64,000 bases of DNA, taken from the IMG/VR virus record IMGVR_UViG_3300029319_009044, positions 1 to 64,000 of that record. The stretch is one strand, 5' to 3'. This document shows, piece after piece, positions 39,489 through 50,819 of this stretch (position 1 is its first letter; each line of letters begins with the position of its first letter). The notes beneath the pieces were generated by a model. That model saw nothing but the letters and a program-made list of their open reading frames with translations, had not been told where the DNA came from and searched no databases. The DNA is from a virus. Made by a program: the position numbers and the translations under genes.

Positions 39489-42359
39489 ATGGATAACATT
39501 ACTACAGGGTTTCCAAATGTTAATCAATCTATTACTAATCCTAATGTAAATAGTGATGAAGCATTAGATAAATTTGCACCTTATACTTTTTTACAGTTTA
39601 TCGAAACTGTAAGTGAAAGCTATAAGCCTGAGACACTTACTGCTTTCTACAACAACTACTTAAATAAGTGGAATACTAGAAATAAAGGTCTTAGTACTTC
39701 GAATGCTGATACTATAGTAGATAGATACAGAGACTTCTTAAAAGATATTACTTTAAATTTTTCCTCTAATGCAGAGAGAAAATTCTTAACTCAATTAGAT
39801 TTTACTGACAAATATGATTTGCAAATAGCAATGTCATTTTATAGTAAGAAGATAAGAAATATAGTTACTTACTATAAAAAGAAGCGTAACACTCTACATT
39901 ACACATTAACTAAAAGTAAAGTTAAAGGAAGTAGTATAGGGGTAGAGCAGGCAACTAAAGATTTAGTTATTGATTTTTTAGAAAATAGAAGTACAGGTGA
40001 AATCGATTATAATATTTCAGACTTAAAGAACAATCTATCTGTTTCAATAACAGAATATTATGATAATTATTCTCAATATTTTAATAAGCCTCCAAATGTA
40101 GAGGAGTACGGAGCTAATTATAAAGAGTATGAACCAGGTGGTTTACCAGAGGGTGACAATTTGTTTTTATCTTTAGAAACTGAAATTATAGATAAAATAT
40201 TTTCTTCGGTATCACAAAATATAAGAAATTTAAAAGAAGCAAATAATGTTCTAGATTCTAAAAAGAAACAAACTGAAAAGTATATAGGTACTGATTTTTA
40301 TTACCTTTCTACTGATAGAAATGGTAAGCCTGATATTGGTTTATTATTTGAAGCTGAAAAACCTTATGCAAACTTTTTAAACCAAGATTATCCAAGTACT
40401 GCCTCAATTTTTTCTGATGATATTATAAGTGAAAGAGACTTAGGATTTTTTAGATCTCACAATTCTGCAATAGCTACTATCCAAGGAAAAAGAATAGATT
40501 TTTATGAGAAGACTTCATATAAACCTAACCAACTTTACATATTTCCTGATCCTAATTTATTTACTAATAATAAAGGTATTTTAACTTTTATAGTAGATAC
40601 TACAGGTTCAATAAACAATAGAAGTAAAGGTGTTGCTATTAATCAACCTAACCCAGACAAAGAAAGTACCACATTCATAGGCTATTCTTCTGAAATAGGT
40701 AAAGAGAGAAATTTAGATACTGATCTTTCTTATCTTTATGATCAAGGTTATATCGATCAAAACAAAAAAGATATTTTTGGTAATATTTTTGGTTTAGTAA
40801 AAGATAATAATTATTATAGAGAAAATTTAACTACTGAAACTCCTAAAAATATTAAAAATTTAGTTATTAACGGTTATCAGTTTTTTGATGATTTATATGG
40901 TGAAGGTTTTAGTTTTAATTACGGTACAGAAGATTCTACCACTTATTCAGAAACTTTACGTTCTGGTATATCGTCATTTACTGGTGGGTTAACTGCAGGT
41001 GGTGATCTTAAGCCTGATACGCCCTTATCAGCTTATCATATTTTTAGTAGATTTTTTACTCCTTATCAAGAATTAAAACTTCCTACAAACTATCTTGAAG
41101 TAGATTATACAAGACCAGAATCTATTACATTTAATGCTAATGTATTAGAAGGAGCTTACTTTAGATTCTCAGATAATGAAACATTAGCAGATCCTGTTAG
41201 ATCTGGATTAAGTGCATTTACCGATTCTGCAGATCAATTTTATTTTTCCGATTTAGTAGAAGCAGGAATAGGTTATTATGATGGTAATTCTACTGTAGTT
41301 AGAGCTTTATGTGATAATACTGGCCCGGGTACAGCGTACACTGCAGGTGTTTCACTATATCAAGGGTTTTCAGGTAACTTTACTTATAATGTTAGGTTAT
41401 CTGGTAGTAATGGAGTTGAGAATTACGATGGTAGTAGATTTACTGATAATATCATATTTGATTATAAGCAAGCTGAACGAAGTTTTGATTATAAGGATGA
41501 TGTTTTTGATGTAACTGCCTTTTCTACTGTTGATAGTTCCAAAGAAAGCTTATTTGATCGTAAAAAACATTTAGGTAAAATTTACATAAAAAATGTAAAT
41601 AAAAATTCACAATTCCCAGCTGTAAAAGAATTAACTGATACTCTTACTTATTTATCTAGTAAATATAACTCTTCAGTATGTAACGAGCTTTCAACTAAGG
41701 TAGTTGATTTTGATATTATATATCAAACTCTCTTCATTGAAACAAGTTCATTTTTAGTTACTGAAAGAACTGTATATGAAAATAATGAATTTATTTCTCC
41801 TAATACATTTACCAATTCTTTGAATATAAATACTAACTTTTTTGATAAAGTGAGTAATAGACTTAGAGTAGATAGTAATGTATTTTTTGTAAAAATGGAG
41901 AGAGAGCAGAATGATTTTAAGGATATTAGACTATATCCTAAAATTTATAAGTATAGCTATAAAGATGATAAAACTGAGCAAATATTTCCAACTACAGGTA
42001 ATACTGCTGCTGCAGCTTCTTGTTATTTTGATTTATCTACATTTAATTCTGTTTATGTTGAATGTGGTAAGCCTAATTTAACTTATAGTAGTGATAACGA
42101 ACAATTTAATTTAGCAGTATTATTAAAAGATCAGAATAAAGCTCCATTATTAGTTAATTACTTATTTGAATATAAAGATAGTGTTAAATTTTTAGATTCT
42201 GCTTCTTTCGAGAGTAATAATAGTAGATTTACAGATAATTTCTTTAATTCTAATACAGGTTTAATAGATTTAAGTAATGTTAATTTTGCATTAACATCAC
42301 AAACTCCGCAAGTTTCAGCCTTTTTTACATCAGCATCATCAGCAGCTTTAATATTATGA
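39489..42359 (+). CDS. large virion structural protein, unknown function
   Basis: Late promoter; in the baseplate block. Confidence 0.55.
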   Translation: MDNITTGFPNVNQSITNPNVNSDEALDKFAPYTFLQFIETVSESYKPETLTAFYNNYLNKWNTRNKGLSTSNADTIVDRYRDFLKDITLNFSSNAERKFLTQLDFTDKYDLQIAMSFYSKKIRNIVTYYKKKRNTLHYTLTKSKVKGSSIGVEQATKDLVIDFLENRSTGEIDYNISDLKNNLSVSITEYYDNYSQYFNKPPNVEEYGANYKEYEPGGLPEGDNLFLSLETEIIDKIFSSVSQNIRNLKEANNVLDSKKKQTEKYIGTDFYYLSTDRNGKPDIGLLFEAEKPYANFLNQDYPSTASIFSDDIISERDLGFFRSHNSAIATIQGKRIDFYEKTSYKPNQLYIFPDPNLFTNNKGILTFIVDTTGSINNRSKGVAINQPNPDKESTTFIGYSSEIGKERNLDTDLSYLYDQGYIDQNKKDIFGNIFGLVKDNNYYRENLTTETPKNIKNLVINGYQFFDDLYGEGFSFNYGTEDSTTYSETLRSGISSFTGGLTAGGDLKPDTPLSAYHIFSRFFTPYQELKLPTNYLEVDYTRPESITFNANVLEGAYFRFSDNETLADPVRSGLSAFTDSADQFYFSDLVEAGIGYYDGNSTVVRALCDNTGPGTAYTAGVSLYQGFSGNFTYNVRLSGSNGVENYDGSRFTDNIIFDYKQAERSFDYKDDVFDVTAFSTVDSSKESLFDRKKHLGKIYIKNVNKNSQFPAVKELTDTLTYLSSKYNSSVCNELSTKVVDFDIIYQTLFIETSSFLVTERTVYENNEFISPNTFTNSLNINTNFFDKVSNRLRVDSNVFFVKMEREQNDFKDIRLYPKIYKYSYKDDKTEQIFPTTGNTAAAASCYFDLSTFNSVYVECGKPNLTYSSDNEQFNLAVLLKDQNKAPLLVNYLFEYKDSVKFLDSASFESNNSRFTDNFFNSNTGLIDLSNVNFALTSQTPQVSAFFTSASSAALIL

Positions 42360-42892
42360 ATACTTATAACTTATCTATTTCTTCAACTAAAGACGATATC
42401 AATCAAAAGATAATTTTGAATGATATAGATTTATTTGATCTAACTGAAGTTACATTAGATATTTCTAACATATATACAGAAATATTTCCTAATTATTTAA
42501 GTATTGATTGGGGTGACGGTTCTCCTACTATTCAGCCTGATATAAAAATATATCGAGATTACAAAACAGAGTCAATATTTCCTGAACTTGATAAGGGAGT
42601 AACTCCAGTTACTTTTAGTAATAGTTATACCCATAGATATTTTCCTTCTTCTTATGCATTAAAAAAAGCGGTAACCTTCAAGATGAACGTGGGATATATA
42701 ACTGGTGAAACTTTGCAACTAAGCGCGCCTCTTGTAGTTAATTCACAAAGTTATTATGAAAATGTAGATGATATAGATATAATTGGATTAGATCTTATAA
42801 ATGATGTTAATAATAGTTCTAGAGTTTCATTTATAACTAAAAAGAACAATTATATAGTACAGCTAGATAACAAAACTTATAAAGAGAACTAG
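42356..42892 (+). CDS. virion protein with PKD-like motif
   Basis: IDWGDGS...H.Y. Confidence 0.55.
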   Translation: MNTYNLSISSTKDDINQKIILNDIDLFDLTEVTLDISNIYTEIFPNYLSIDWGDGSPTIQPDIKIYRDYKTESIFPELDKGVTPVTFSNSYTHRYFPSSYALKKAVTFKMNVGYITGETLQLSAPLVVNSQSYYENVDDIDIIGLDLINDVNNSSRVSFITKKNNYIVQLDNKTYKEN

Positions 42893-42907
42893 GAATAAAT
42901 ATATAAA

Positions 42908-45256
42908 ATGGGATGTTTAGTAAAATCAAGTTTAAGTGCTTTAAGCTCAGTACAAGGTACTGTATGCCCTACTGATTTAACTTTAGATCAATATACACAG
43001 ACTTTTAATGGTGATTTTAAATTTAATTTTATTTCAGCACTTTCGGGTATTCAAGACTTTAAAAAATTAAATTTTACTAATTTTTACCTAACTACAGATT
43101 TTTTACTTGACGAGGTTACTTCGTTTAAAGAAATAAAAATAAAGCCAGAATCATTTTTTACTACTTTAAATTTTTCTACTTCAAGTGATAATTATTTAAT
43201 TTTTGAAGCTGCATCTTTAAGCTCATTTAAAACAGAAGATAACATTATACAAGCTGAATTTTACGGTACTACTTCTTTCACTAAAATTTTATCTGATGCA
43301 GATAATTACGAAATAAAATTTATTGATGATTTTACTTGCAGTGTTAGTACTATTTACAATAATATTAGATATTTTCTTGTAGTAAGTGATGATGAGCAAG
43401 ATAGCAATAATAGAAGAAGAGTCTTATTTGTAGCTGAAAATAAATTATCTTTAACTGGTAGTTATTTAGAGTATAATTTATTAAAATATAAAAGAGATAG
43501 CTTTATAAATTTATTTTCAAATAAAGGAGGGAAATATGCTATAGTAAATGACGGTGGAAAGTTATACGCTCAAAAATTAGATACTACTGCTAAGTTAAAT
43601 CAATTTTATGTAGCTAATAATTCTATAAAGCTCGATCAAGAAATAAACCTTACTGTACCATCTCCATATAATACCTCTTTTATTACATATGATAATGCTG
43701 GTAATGTAGACAATACAAAAAGTGATTTTAATTTACCTTCAAATTATCTATTTTATAGTAATAGTAATAAAGTAGAGCTAGACTTCAATTTTTATAATTT
43801 AAAAAACATAGTTAATACTCAAGATCAATTTACTTCATCAAATACATTGCTTTCTACTTCTGAAACTACTATTTACAGTCAAGACTTACGAAAATATACA
43901 TCTATATTTTCAGATATTGATAGCGAATATAATGAAGTGTTAGCTTTAAATTTCGTATATAATAACTTTGATTTAGTAATAAAACCCGGTACTACCTATT
44001 TTAAAGCTCCATCGTCAATGCAACCTTTTACAAAGCTCAATATTAATGATACTAAGTTTGTAAAGTGTGGTTCATTTGCTTTTAAGAGACCAGATTTATC
44101 TGATAGAGTATATAGATTAGATGACAACTCCATAAAAGATAAAAATATAACTTATCTTTGTACTTGGTTATCAGGAGCAATAGGTAAAGAAGGTATATGG
44201 GTTGATAGATATTATTACCCTGATTTAGTATCAAAAGAAACTGCTTTAGCTGCATCTCCTGTTTATAATGTTACCTATCAAGATTCAGTAGAAAATTTAA
44301 TAATGAGTAACTCTACTTTAAAGAGTTCAGTTGAAAAGAAATTATATTTAGATAAAAAGAGTGATTTAACTTTTGAGCCTGGTAAGAGATATAAGTATGT
44401 AAGAATATCAAAAGATGATTTTATAAGAGAGTCTCCTACTAATTTTTGTAAAACAGCTAGAATTAATAATAAAGTTAATAACTATTATACAACTATAAAT
44501 GACAACGGTGGCTTTACGTTAGGATTTACTATACAAAATGATACTGGTGATTTTTCAATAATTTCCGAAAGTAACGATATAAATGGAGGTATAGATTTTG
44601 ATAAAACAGGAAATAGCATAACCTTTACATTTAGTTTATTTGACAATAGTACGGTGGGTAATACTTTAGAAAGTAGAATTTTACAAAATACTTTTACTCA
44701 TACATTTACTATTGACCCTTACGAAAAGAATAATATATTTTTATCGTTTAATGCAATTAGGGGAATTTGTAATTTATATTTAAATTCAAATATTATTTAT
44801 AATTTTGAGATAAATGCATACCAACTTTATACCAAGAGAATATTGTTTGGAGATATATTTTTAAACTGGAGCGAAGGCAGTGAAAATAAAAAACGAGAAA
44901 TTTTATTTAATGAAGCTACTTCAAAGCAATTTATATCTGATTTATTTTTAACTCTTGAACCTTTAGAAGAATACAAAGAATTAGCTTATGTATTTGGAAC
45001 TAATATAGATAATATTCAAGACTTAACTATTTCGTTACCTTGCGGAATGAGAAATCTTACCGATACTATAAAAGCAGTAAATTCTATTAATACTAATCTC
45101 AAAAATAAGAGTAATGTTATAGATATTAATATAAAGAATATAGAAATAAGTACAGATATAGAAAATGAAGTTAGAGATGTAGTATTATCAAATATAGTGA
45201 AATCTCTGCCTAAAACTACAGTAATAAATAACGTTAAATTTAATAATTACAAATGA
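42908..45256 (+). CDS. large virion structural protein, unknown function
   Basis: Late promoter; beta-rich, possible LamG-like C-terminal part. Confidence 0.55.
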   Translation: MGCLVKSSLSALSSVQGTVCPTDLTLDQYTQTFNGDFKFNFISALSGIQDFKKLNFTNFYLTTDFLLDEVTSFKEIKIKPESFFTTLNFSTSSDNYLIFEAASLSSFKTEDNIIQAEFYGTTSFTKILSDADNYEIKFIDDFTCSVSTIYNNIRYFLVVSDDEQDSNNRRRVLFVAENKLSLTGSYLEYNLLKYKRDSFINLFSNKGGKYAIVNDGGKLYAQKLDTTAKLNQFYVANNSIKLDQEINLTVPSPYNTSFITYDNAGNVDNTKSDFNLPSNYLFYSNSNKVELDFNFYNLKNIVNTQDQFTSSNTLLSTSETTIYSQDLRKYTSIFSDIDSEYNEVLALNFVYNNFDLVIKPGTTYFKAPSSMQPFTKLNINDTKFVKCGSFAFKRPDLSDRVYRLDDNSIKDKNITYLCTWLSGAIGKEGIWVDRYYYPDLVSKETALAASPVYNVTYQDSVENLIMSNSTLKSSVEKKLYLDKKSDLTFEPGKRYKYVRISKDDFIRESPTNFCKTARINNKVNNYYTTINDNGGFTLGFTIQNDTGDFSIISESNDINGGIDFDKTGNSITFTFSLFDNSTVGNTLESRILQNTFTHTFTIDPYEKNNIFLSFNAIRGICNLYLNSNIIYNFEINAYQLYTKRILFGDIFLNWSEGSENKKREILFNEATSKQFISDLFLTLEPLEEYKELAYVFGTNIDNIQDLTISLPCGMRNLTDTIKAVNSINTNLKNKSNVIDINIKNIEISTDIENEVRDVVLSNIVKSLPKTTVINNVKFNNYK

Positions 45257-47376
45257 TAGACTATTTTAAATATACTACTGGTAATTTATTTACTCTAAGC
45301 GGAGCAGAATATGATGGACTGTTTAATATAACAGATGGAAAAGCATTCACCGGTAAGTCTTATTCTACATCATCTAAACTTTTAAGCGCAAGTCAGACTT
45401 TTTTAACTAATTGCTTTTTGAATTCGTTTGAATTCGATAGAACTACATCGCCAGTAGATAGTAATTTGATAGAACCTCCAATTATATCTCCTAGAAATAT
45501 AATAGATCAAAATTTTATAGATAGAAATTTACAAATTTTAAATATAAATAATTTGAAGATTTTTGCTCAAAATATTACTGCTAATCCTGATCTCTTTGAT
45601 TTTATAAATTCTGTAGAAAGTAAGGATAGTTACTTTTTAGGGCTGTCTAGTAGTTCTAAAGATATTCGCAATGATGATACTAAAGTATCTAAAACAAATA
45701 GCTTTCCTATTCAAATAGATCCTTTTTCATATATTGATAAAGTACCAGGTTTAGATGTCTTAGATGATACTAAGGATAGTATAATATTTGTATATGACGA
45801 TGAATCATACTACTATTTTACTACTACTTCTACTAATTCTTATACATTTTCTGGCTCCTTTGTAAACGGGGGCAGTTTACTTAGAATAGAAGAAGATGTA
45901 TTTCAAGGTGCAGAAAGATTTTCATATGATAATAATACTGACACGCTCTATGCAGTTACAAATAATGAAAATAACTTTACTTTAAATTTATATGATAATA
46001 GTTTTGTAGCTCCTTGCAGAGTGTTAAAATTAGTTGATCAAATTACTATTGATGATGAAATTGTTGATGGTAGAGTTAGTATAGGTAAAGACATAGTAGG
46101 GTATAGACACGTTGAAGATAATATTATAAAAATAAAACTATTAGTAAAATATACTTTTGAGGATATTATTAATATATTATCATCTAATCCTGCAGAAGAA
46201 ATAATAGATTTTGATATTAGAGATTCAGATGATTCAATATTAGTATTAACTTCTCTGAATGGCTTTGATGCAGAAGAATACTACCTCTATCATTTAGATA
46301 TTGATATAGTGAGTAAAGGATCAGGTAATTATATTTTACCGTTTACACCTAAAGTACTTAAAAGATATAAGCCAGATGTAAATTATGATAAAAAACCAGG
46401 TGAAGTTGATATTTATTTTTCTGGTAATGATTCTAATATTTTAACTATATACGACGAAGGGGCTGTATCTACTAGATTTATAACCAATCCAGAAAATGTT
46501 GCTGGGTTTCCATATAGTAAAAATTTATTATATCTTGAAGACATGTATTTTGATGGAACTCTTGAAAAGTTTAATACTATAGAGAAAAAATTTAATTCAA
46601 ATTTACTACCATCCAATAATTATAACAATTTAAACTTTTTAGTAGCTAAAAATAGTTCAGATTTATTTTATGTACTTCATAATATAGGAAGAATATATCT
46701 TATAAAAGAGAGTAAAATACCCTATAAAAGTTTTATTCCTAATGATCTTAAAACTTTATTTGAAAAAATAATTAGCTGTGAATCTAGTATAGGTATTTCT
46801 CTAAATAGTGAATTACAAAATATTATTAAAGATTCAGTAAATGTATTTTTAAATGCAAGTGTAATACCTTATGAAGAAATGCGAGAAGGTATACCAGTTC
46901 TAGGAAAATACGTATCATATGAAGGTATAGATATTAATTTTCGTAATCTAGAGTTTCATGAAAATGAAGAAATAAATTTTAATAATGTGTCGAGAGTTTT
47001 TAATGAAATTTATAACTTACAAAAAACTATTTTTAATATTATAACTACAGGTGAGGATATTGAAGTAAGTGATTTACCTCCAGTTTTAATTGAAGAAGAT
47101 ACATTAACTGAAGTGCTGAATAATCAATATACTAGTGGAGGTGAGTATATAGTTAGAGAGACTGGAGAGGAATACATAGGTTTTTATCATATACACCCTG
47201 AAAAAGGAGCTATGGTAGGACCTCTACATGTTGCAACACCTCATAATTACTTAGACCCATTTATTGAGCAAGATAATGAAACCTCTTCTATTATTAATCA
47301 AACTACTATTCAAAGCACTTCTAGAAGCTCAACATCTAGTGGTACGTCTAGTGGTACATCAGGATCTTCATATTAA
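45253..47376 (+). CDS. virion structural protein, unknown function
   Basis: YT.G...Y.G module at both ends; Ser/Gly tail ending in SSY. Confidence 0.55.
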   Translation: MIDYFKYTTGNLFTLSGAEYDGLFNITDGKAFTGKSYSTSSKLLSASQTFLTNCFLNSFEFDRTTSPVDSNLIEPPIISPRNIIDQNFIDRNLQILNINNLKIFAQNITANPDLFDFINSVESKDSYFLGLSSSSKDIRNDDTKVSKTNSFPIQIDPFSYIDKVPGLDVLDDTKDSIIFVYDDESYYYFTTTSTNSYTFSGSFVNGGSLLRIEEDVFQGAERFSYDNNTDTLYAVTNNENNFTLNLYDNSFVAPCRVLKLVDQITIDDEIVDGRVSIGKDIVGYRHVEDNIIKIKLLVKYTFEDIINILSSNPAEEIIDFDIRDSDDSILVLTSLNGFDAEEYYLYHLDIDIVSKGSGNYILPFTPKVLKRYKPDVNYDKKPGEVDIYFSGNDSNILTIYDEGAVSTRFITNPENVAGFPYSKNLLYLEDMYFDGTLEKFNTIEKKFNSNLLPSNNYNNLNFLVAKNSSDLFYVLHNIGRIYLIKESKIPYKSFIPNDLKTLFEKIISCESSIGISLNSELQNIIKDSVNVFLNASVIPYEEMREGIPVLGKYVSYEGIDINFRNLEFHENEEINFNNVSRVFNEIYNLQKTIFNIITTGEDIEVSDLPPVLIEEDTLTEVLNNQYTSGGEYIVRETGEEYIGFYHIHPEKGAMVGPLHVATPHNYLDPFIEQDNETSSIINQTTIQSTSRSSTSSGTSSGTSGSSY

Positions 47377-47384
47377 ATAAAGTT

Positions 47385-49616
47385 ATGGCAGGCATAGGTG
47401 AAAGTTTAAAAGGATTAAGAATAGCTGACTATTATTCTTCATTGTTGCATGTTAGTGGAGCTAATATATCTCTATTAGGTGATAACAAAATATATGATGG
47501 TGTTGGTAATACTACAGGTCTTTCTTTGAGTAGTATAGATGATAGAGTTAGTTTTAACCATTACATATATCCTGAAGGTTTTGATAGTGTTAATGAGTGG
47601 ATTGATGCATTTTATCCAATTAATAGTATAATCTTAACTGCAACTAATAATAATCCTACTAATAGAATAGCTGGTACTAAATGGGTCTTAGATAGTGGTG
47701 GCAGATTTTTTGTAGGTGTAGGTGGCTCTGATAAAGAATTTTCTCCAGGTGGTGATGGAGTTAATTCTGGTGACTTAGCTGGCGAATATACAGTAAAACT
47801 TAATGGAAGTAATTTACCAGCTCATACACATGATATTAATTTAGGAACTTCAACTTTAGGAGATACATCTTTAACTAATGTTTTTAGTTATTATTTTGGA
47901 CCTACTATTAATCCACGGGGGTTAACTGAAGAAAAAGCATATACTACTACTAATGACCTACTTCCTAATGTGTCAGATAACCCTTTTTCATATTTCTTAA
48001 ATCAAGATGAAATTGAAGCATTTCAAAATAATACTTACTTTGACGGTCATGATAATTATAGAGATTTTTTAATTAAAAAAAGACATGATGAAGGATTTAA
48101 ATATAGTGATGCTGATTTTGATCCTAAACTAGCTAGTTATTCATTAGCAGGGTGGGGAGGCTCTGTTGTAGGAGGACCAGGGTGGGGTGGTTTTATTAAC
48201 ACTAATATACCTAATACAAAAACTTTTATACCTAATAGCCCTAGACCAGTTGGTGTTGAATGGAGTTCTCAAAATGTAGTATTAGAAACTGCAGACTTCG
48301 ATCCTAGAGATGCAGATAGGGTACACCCAGGAAGATTAGGTTCTGAAGATTTATTAAAAGCTAGAAATATAATTATTGATGTGTTAGGTAAAGAGGAAGC
48401 AGCTATAGCATTAGCTAATGTAGATCGTTTAAAAGAATTAAATGAAATAGTGGAAATCGCTCAAACTGACAATGTATATTTAAACGGGCAAGTTAGAGGA
48501 TCAACTACAGTACCTTCTTCTAATACTGGTAGTACTGTAGCTCATAATAATATAAACCCTAGTTATGGTTTTTATGTTTGGAGAAGAGTACCATTAGATT
48601 TCGTAGAAGAGGAAATAGATAAAGGAGGTGGAGCTACAGTTATTCCAACTTCAACTCTATTTAAAGGAACTATCACTACTAATAAAGAAAATTTACAACT
48701 AGATGAATGGGCTAAAGATAGAGGGTGGGATGGTTTAGGTCCAGCAGAAATAACTATAAGTGAAAATGTATACATTTATTCAGATGATACTGAGTTACCT
48801 GCATTAACTACAGGAAATTGGCCTGGGGGATTAACTTTAATTAATAATGGCTTTATTATGGGCAGAGGTGGAGATGGTGGCTCATTGAGATCGGTTTTAA
48901 CTTTAGACAAACCTATAGCGGAAGGTAAAAATATATGGGATGGAAATGATGGAGGAGATGCTATATTTATAAACACTACTGATAGTATAACTATTACCAA
49001 TAATGGTGGAATAGCTGGTGGCGGAGGTGGTGGAGCTGGTAGTGGTACCGGTAACTTTGGTGGAGGAGGAGGCGGTGCAGGTGGCGGTAACGGTGGTTTA
49101 GGAGCTGGACCTTCTAGGGATCAATATGAATTAGGAGGCCCTGGTGGTGGACCAGGTTTACCTGGAGAAGATGGCAATAACTGGAAAAATTTAGATACTG
49201 ATGCTATAGCTGGAAGAACACGTGCATTTTTACAAGGAAGGGGTGGTGAAGCTGGTGGAGGAGGATCAGGAGGTTTTAAAAGAAAAGGTAACGATCCTCA
49301 TGGAGGCGGTGGAGGTGGTGGAAGAGTATTATCTCTTACTGCATCAGGAGGATCCGGAGGTGCCTACGGTGGAGGTGATGGCGGATCTACTAACGAAGCT
49401 GGAGAATCAGTAAGTTCAAGAGAAAACTTTCCATGGGGTAATGCTGCTGGTGGAGGAGGATGGGGAGCTGATGGAGGAGATTGTTTTAACTCTAGAAGAG
49501 TATCTGGTGTTGCAAGAATAGCGCCTAAAGGTGGTAAAGGAGGAAAAGCAATATTTTCTATTTTAAATGCAAGCTTTACAATTAATGGTGGAATAGTTTA
49601 TGGTACTATAGACTAG
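47385..49616 (+). CDS. gp10-C-terminal-like baseplate/fibre protein fused to a gp38-like glycine-rich adhesin domain
   Basis: YPI.SI, NP, GT.W, GRF.VG, LPAHTH, HNN..P.Y..YVW.R; then LINNG.I.GRGG.GG, NNG.IAGGGGGG. Confidence 0.65.
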   Translation: MAGIGESLKGLRIADYYSSLLHVSGANISLLGDNKIYDGVGNTTGLSLSSIDDRVSFNHYIYPEGFDSVNEWIDAFYPINSIILTATNNNPTNRIAGTKWVLDSGGRFFVGVGGSDKEFSPGGDGVNSGDLAGEYTVKLNGSNLPAHTHDINLGTSTLGDTSLTNVFSYYFGPTINPRGLTEEKAYTTTNDLLPNVSDNPFSYFLNQDEIEAFQNNTYFDGHDNYRDFLIKKRHDEGFKYSDADFDPKLASYSLAGWGGSVVGGPGWGGFINTNIPNTKTFIPNSPRPVGVEWSSQNVVLETADFDPRDADRVHPGRLGSEDLLKARNIIIDVLGKEEAAIALANVDRLKELNEIVEIAQTDNVYLNGQVRGSTTVPSSNTGSTVAHNNINPSYGFYVWRRVPLDFVEEEIDKGGGATVIPTSTLFKGTITTNKENLQLDEWAKDRGWDGLGPAEITISENVYIYSDDTELPALTTGNWPGGLTLINNGFIMGRGGDGGSLRSVLTLDKPIAEGKNIWDGNDGGDAIFINTTDSITITNNGGIAGGGGGGAGSGTGNFGGGGGGAGGGNGGLGAGPSRDQYELGGPGGGPGLPGEDGNNWKNLDTDAIAGRTRAFLQGRGGEAGGGGSGGFKRKGNDPHGGGGGGGRVLSLTASGGSGGAYGGGDGGSTNEAGESVSSRENFPWGNAAGGGGWGADGGDCFNSRRVSGVARIAPKGGKGGKAIFSILNASFTINGGIVYGTID

Positions 49617-49645
49617 TATTTAAAGGTTCTGACATAAATAATAGT

Positions 49646-50815
49646 ATGCCTGAAAGTTTAGAGAATCAATTTATATCTGATTTATATACTTCTCTTTTAC
49701 ATTTAAGTGGTGCAGAGTTAGGTGAGAAAGGTCCTTTAAATAAAGTTTTTGACGGCGCAGGTAATTCTACCGGGTTAGCGTTAAGTGGTGATAGGGTAAT
49801 TGTAAATAACTATATTTACCCCAAAGGTTTTACTACTAGAGACCCTCTAGAATGGTTAGATAGTTTTTATCCTATAGGTAGTATTCAATTAACACTAGAT
49901 GATAATAATCCAACTGACAGAATTGCTGGTACAGTATGGACGAGGGTAGCAGAAGGAAGATTTTTAGTAGGAACTGGTACTTTAACTGATAAAAATGGAG
50001 TTACAAGAGAATTTTGTCCTGGTGGAGCTGAAGAAGAAGCTAATGATCAACGAAATGGAAATGGTGATTTAGCTGGTGAGTATACAACTACTTTAACAGA
50101 AGAAAATTTACCAGCACATACCCATGATGTTAATATAGGAGCTACAGATGTACAAATATCTAATCCTGCAGGAAATAGTACTTCAACACAATCACCTAAT
50201 GTTGGTACAGTTAATTCAACTCAAGATTTTCAAGAGCAACAAAGAGCTAGACAATCTCTAGGTAGAAAAGTATATGCATATCCTGGTGAGTATGATTCTT
50301 CTCTTTTAATAGATTTTAGAAGTGCAGCATTTAGAGATGACTGGAGAGATTATCCATGGTTGTATGCTTTAGACTTTGGTTTTGATAGAGGAACTGCTGC
50401 TAATTATTCAGCTGCAACAAGAGCACTTTATACTACTAGTTGGGCAACTAAATATCAATTTAAAGAAATGATAGGAATATGGAACGGTGAAACTAGGTTT
50501 GTATCTGATTCAAAGGTTCAGGTAGGAGTTACAACTGGTGGTAGAGGCGGTCGTGTAGTAACCGGTGAAATAAGATTATCTAAATCTCCTTATCAGTATG
50601 CCTTAGAATTAGGTGCTGTTGATATAGGAAATGCAACAGCTGGGGATTTTGTTAAACAAAATAATACAGTACCTACAGTTACAGCACCATCTGATATAAT
50701 AAATAGAGATGAGAGTGTTAACAATACTAGAGTATCAGCTTCAGTAGGTGAAAGTTTAGCACATAATAATATACCTCCATCATATGGTGTTTATGTATGG
50801 AAAAGAATAATGTAA
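49646..50815 (+). CDS. gp10-C-terminal-like baseplate/fibre protein (paralogue of 47385)
   Basis: Same N-terminal ~150 aa and C-terminal HNNIPPSYGVYVWKR. Confidence 0.65.
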   Translation: MPESLENQFISDLYTSLLHLSGAELGEKGPLNKVFDGAGNSTGLALSGDRVIVNNYIYPKGFTTRDPLEWLDSFYPIGSIQLTLDDNNPTDRIAGTVWTRVAEGRFLVGTGTLTDKNGVTREFCPGGAEEEANDQRNGNGDLAGEYTTTLTEENLPAHTHDVNIGATDVQISNPAGNSTSTQSPNVGTVNSTQDFQEQQRARQSLGRKVYAYPGEYDSSLLIDFRSAAFRDDWRDYPWLYALDFGFDRGTAANYSAATRALYTTSWATKYQFKEMIGIWNGETRFVSDSKVQVGVTTGGRGGRVVTGEIRLSKSPYQYALELGAVDIGNATAGDFVKQNNTVPTVTAPSDIINRDESVNNTRVSASVGESLAHNNIPPSYGVYVWKRIM

Positions 50816-50819
50816 GTTT

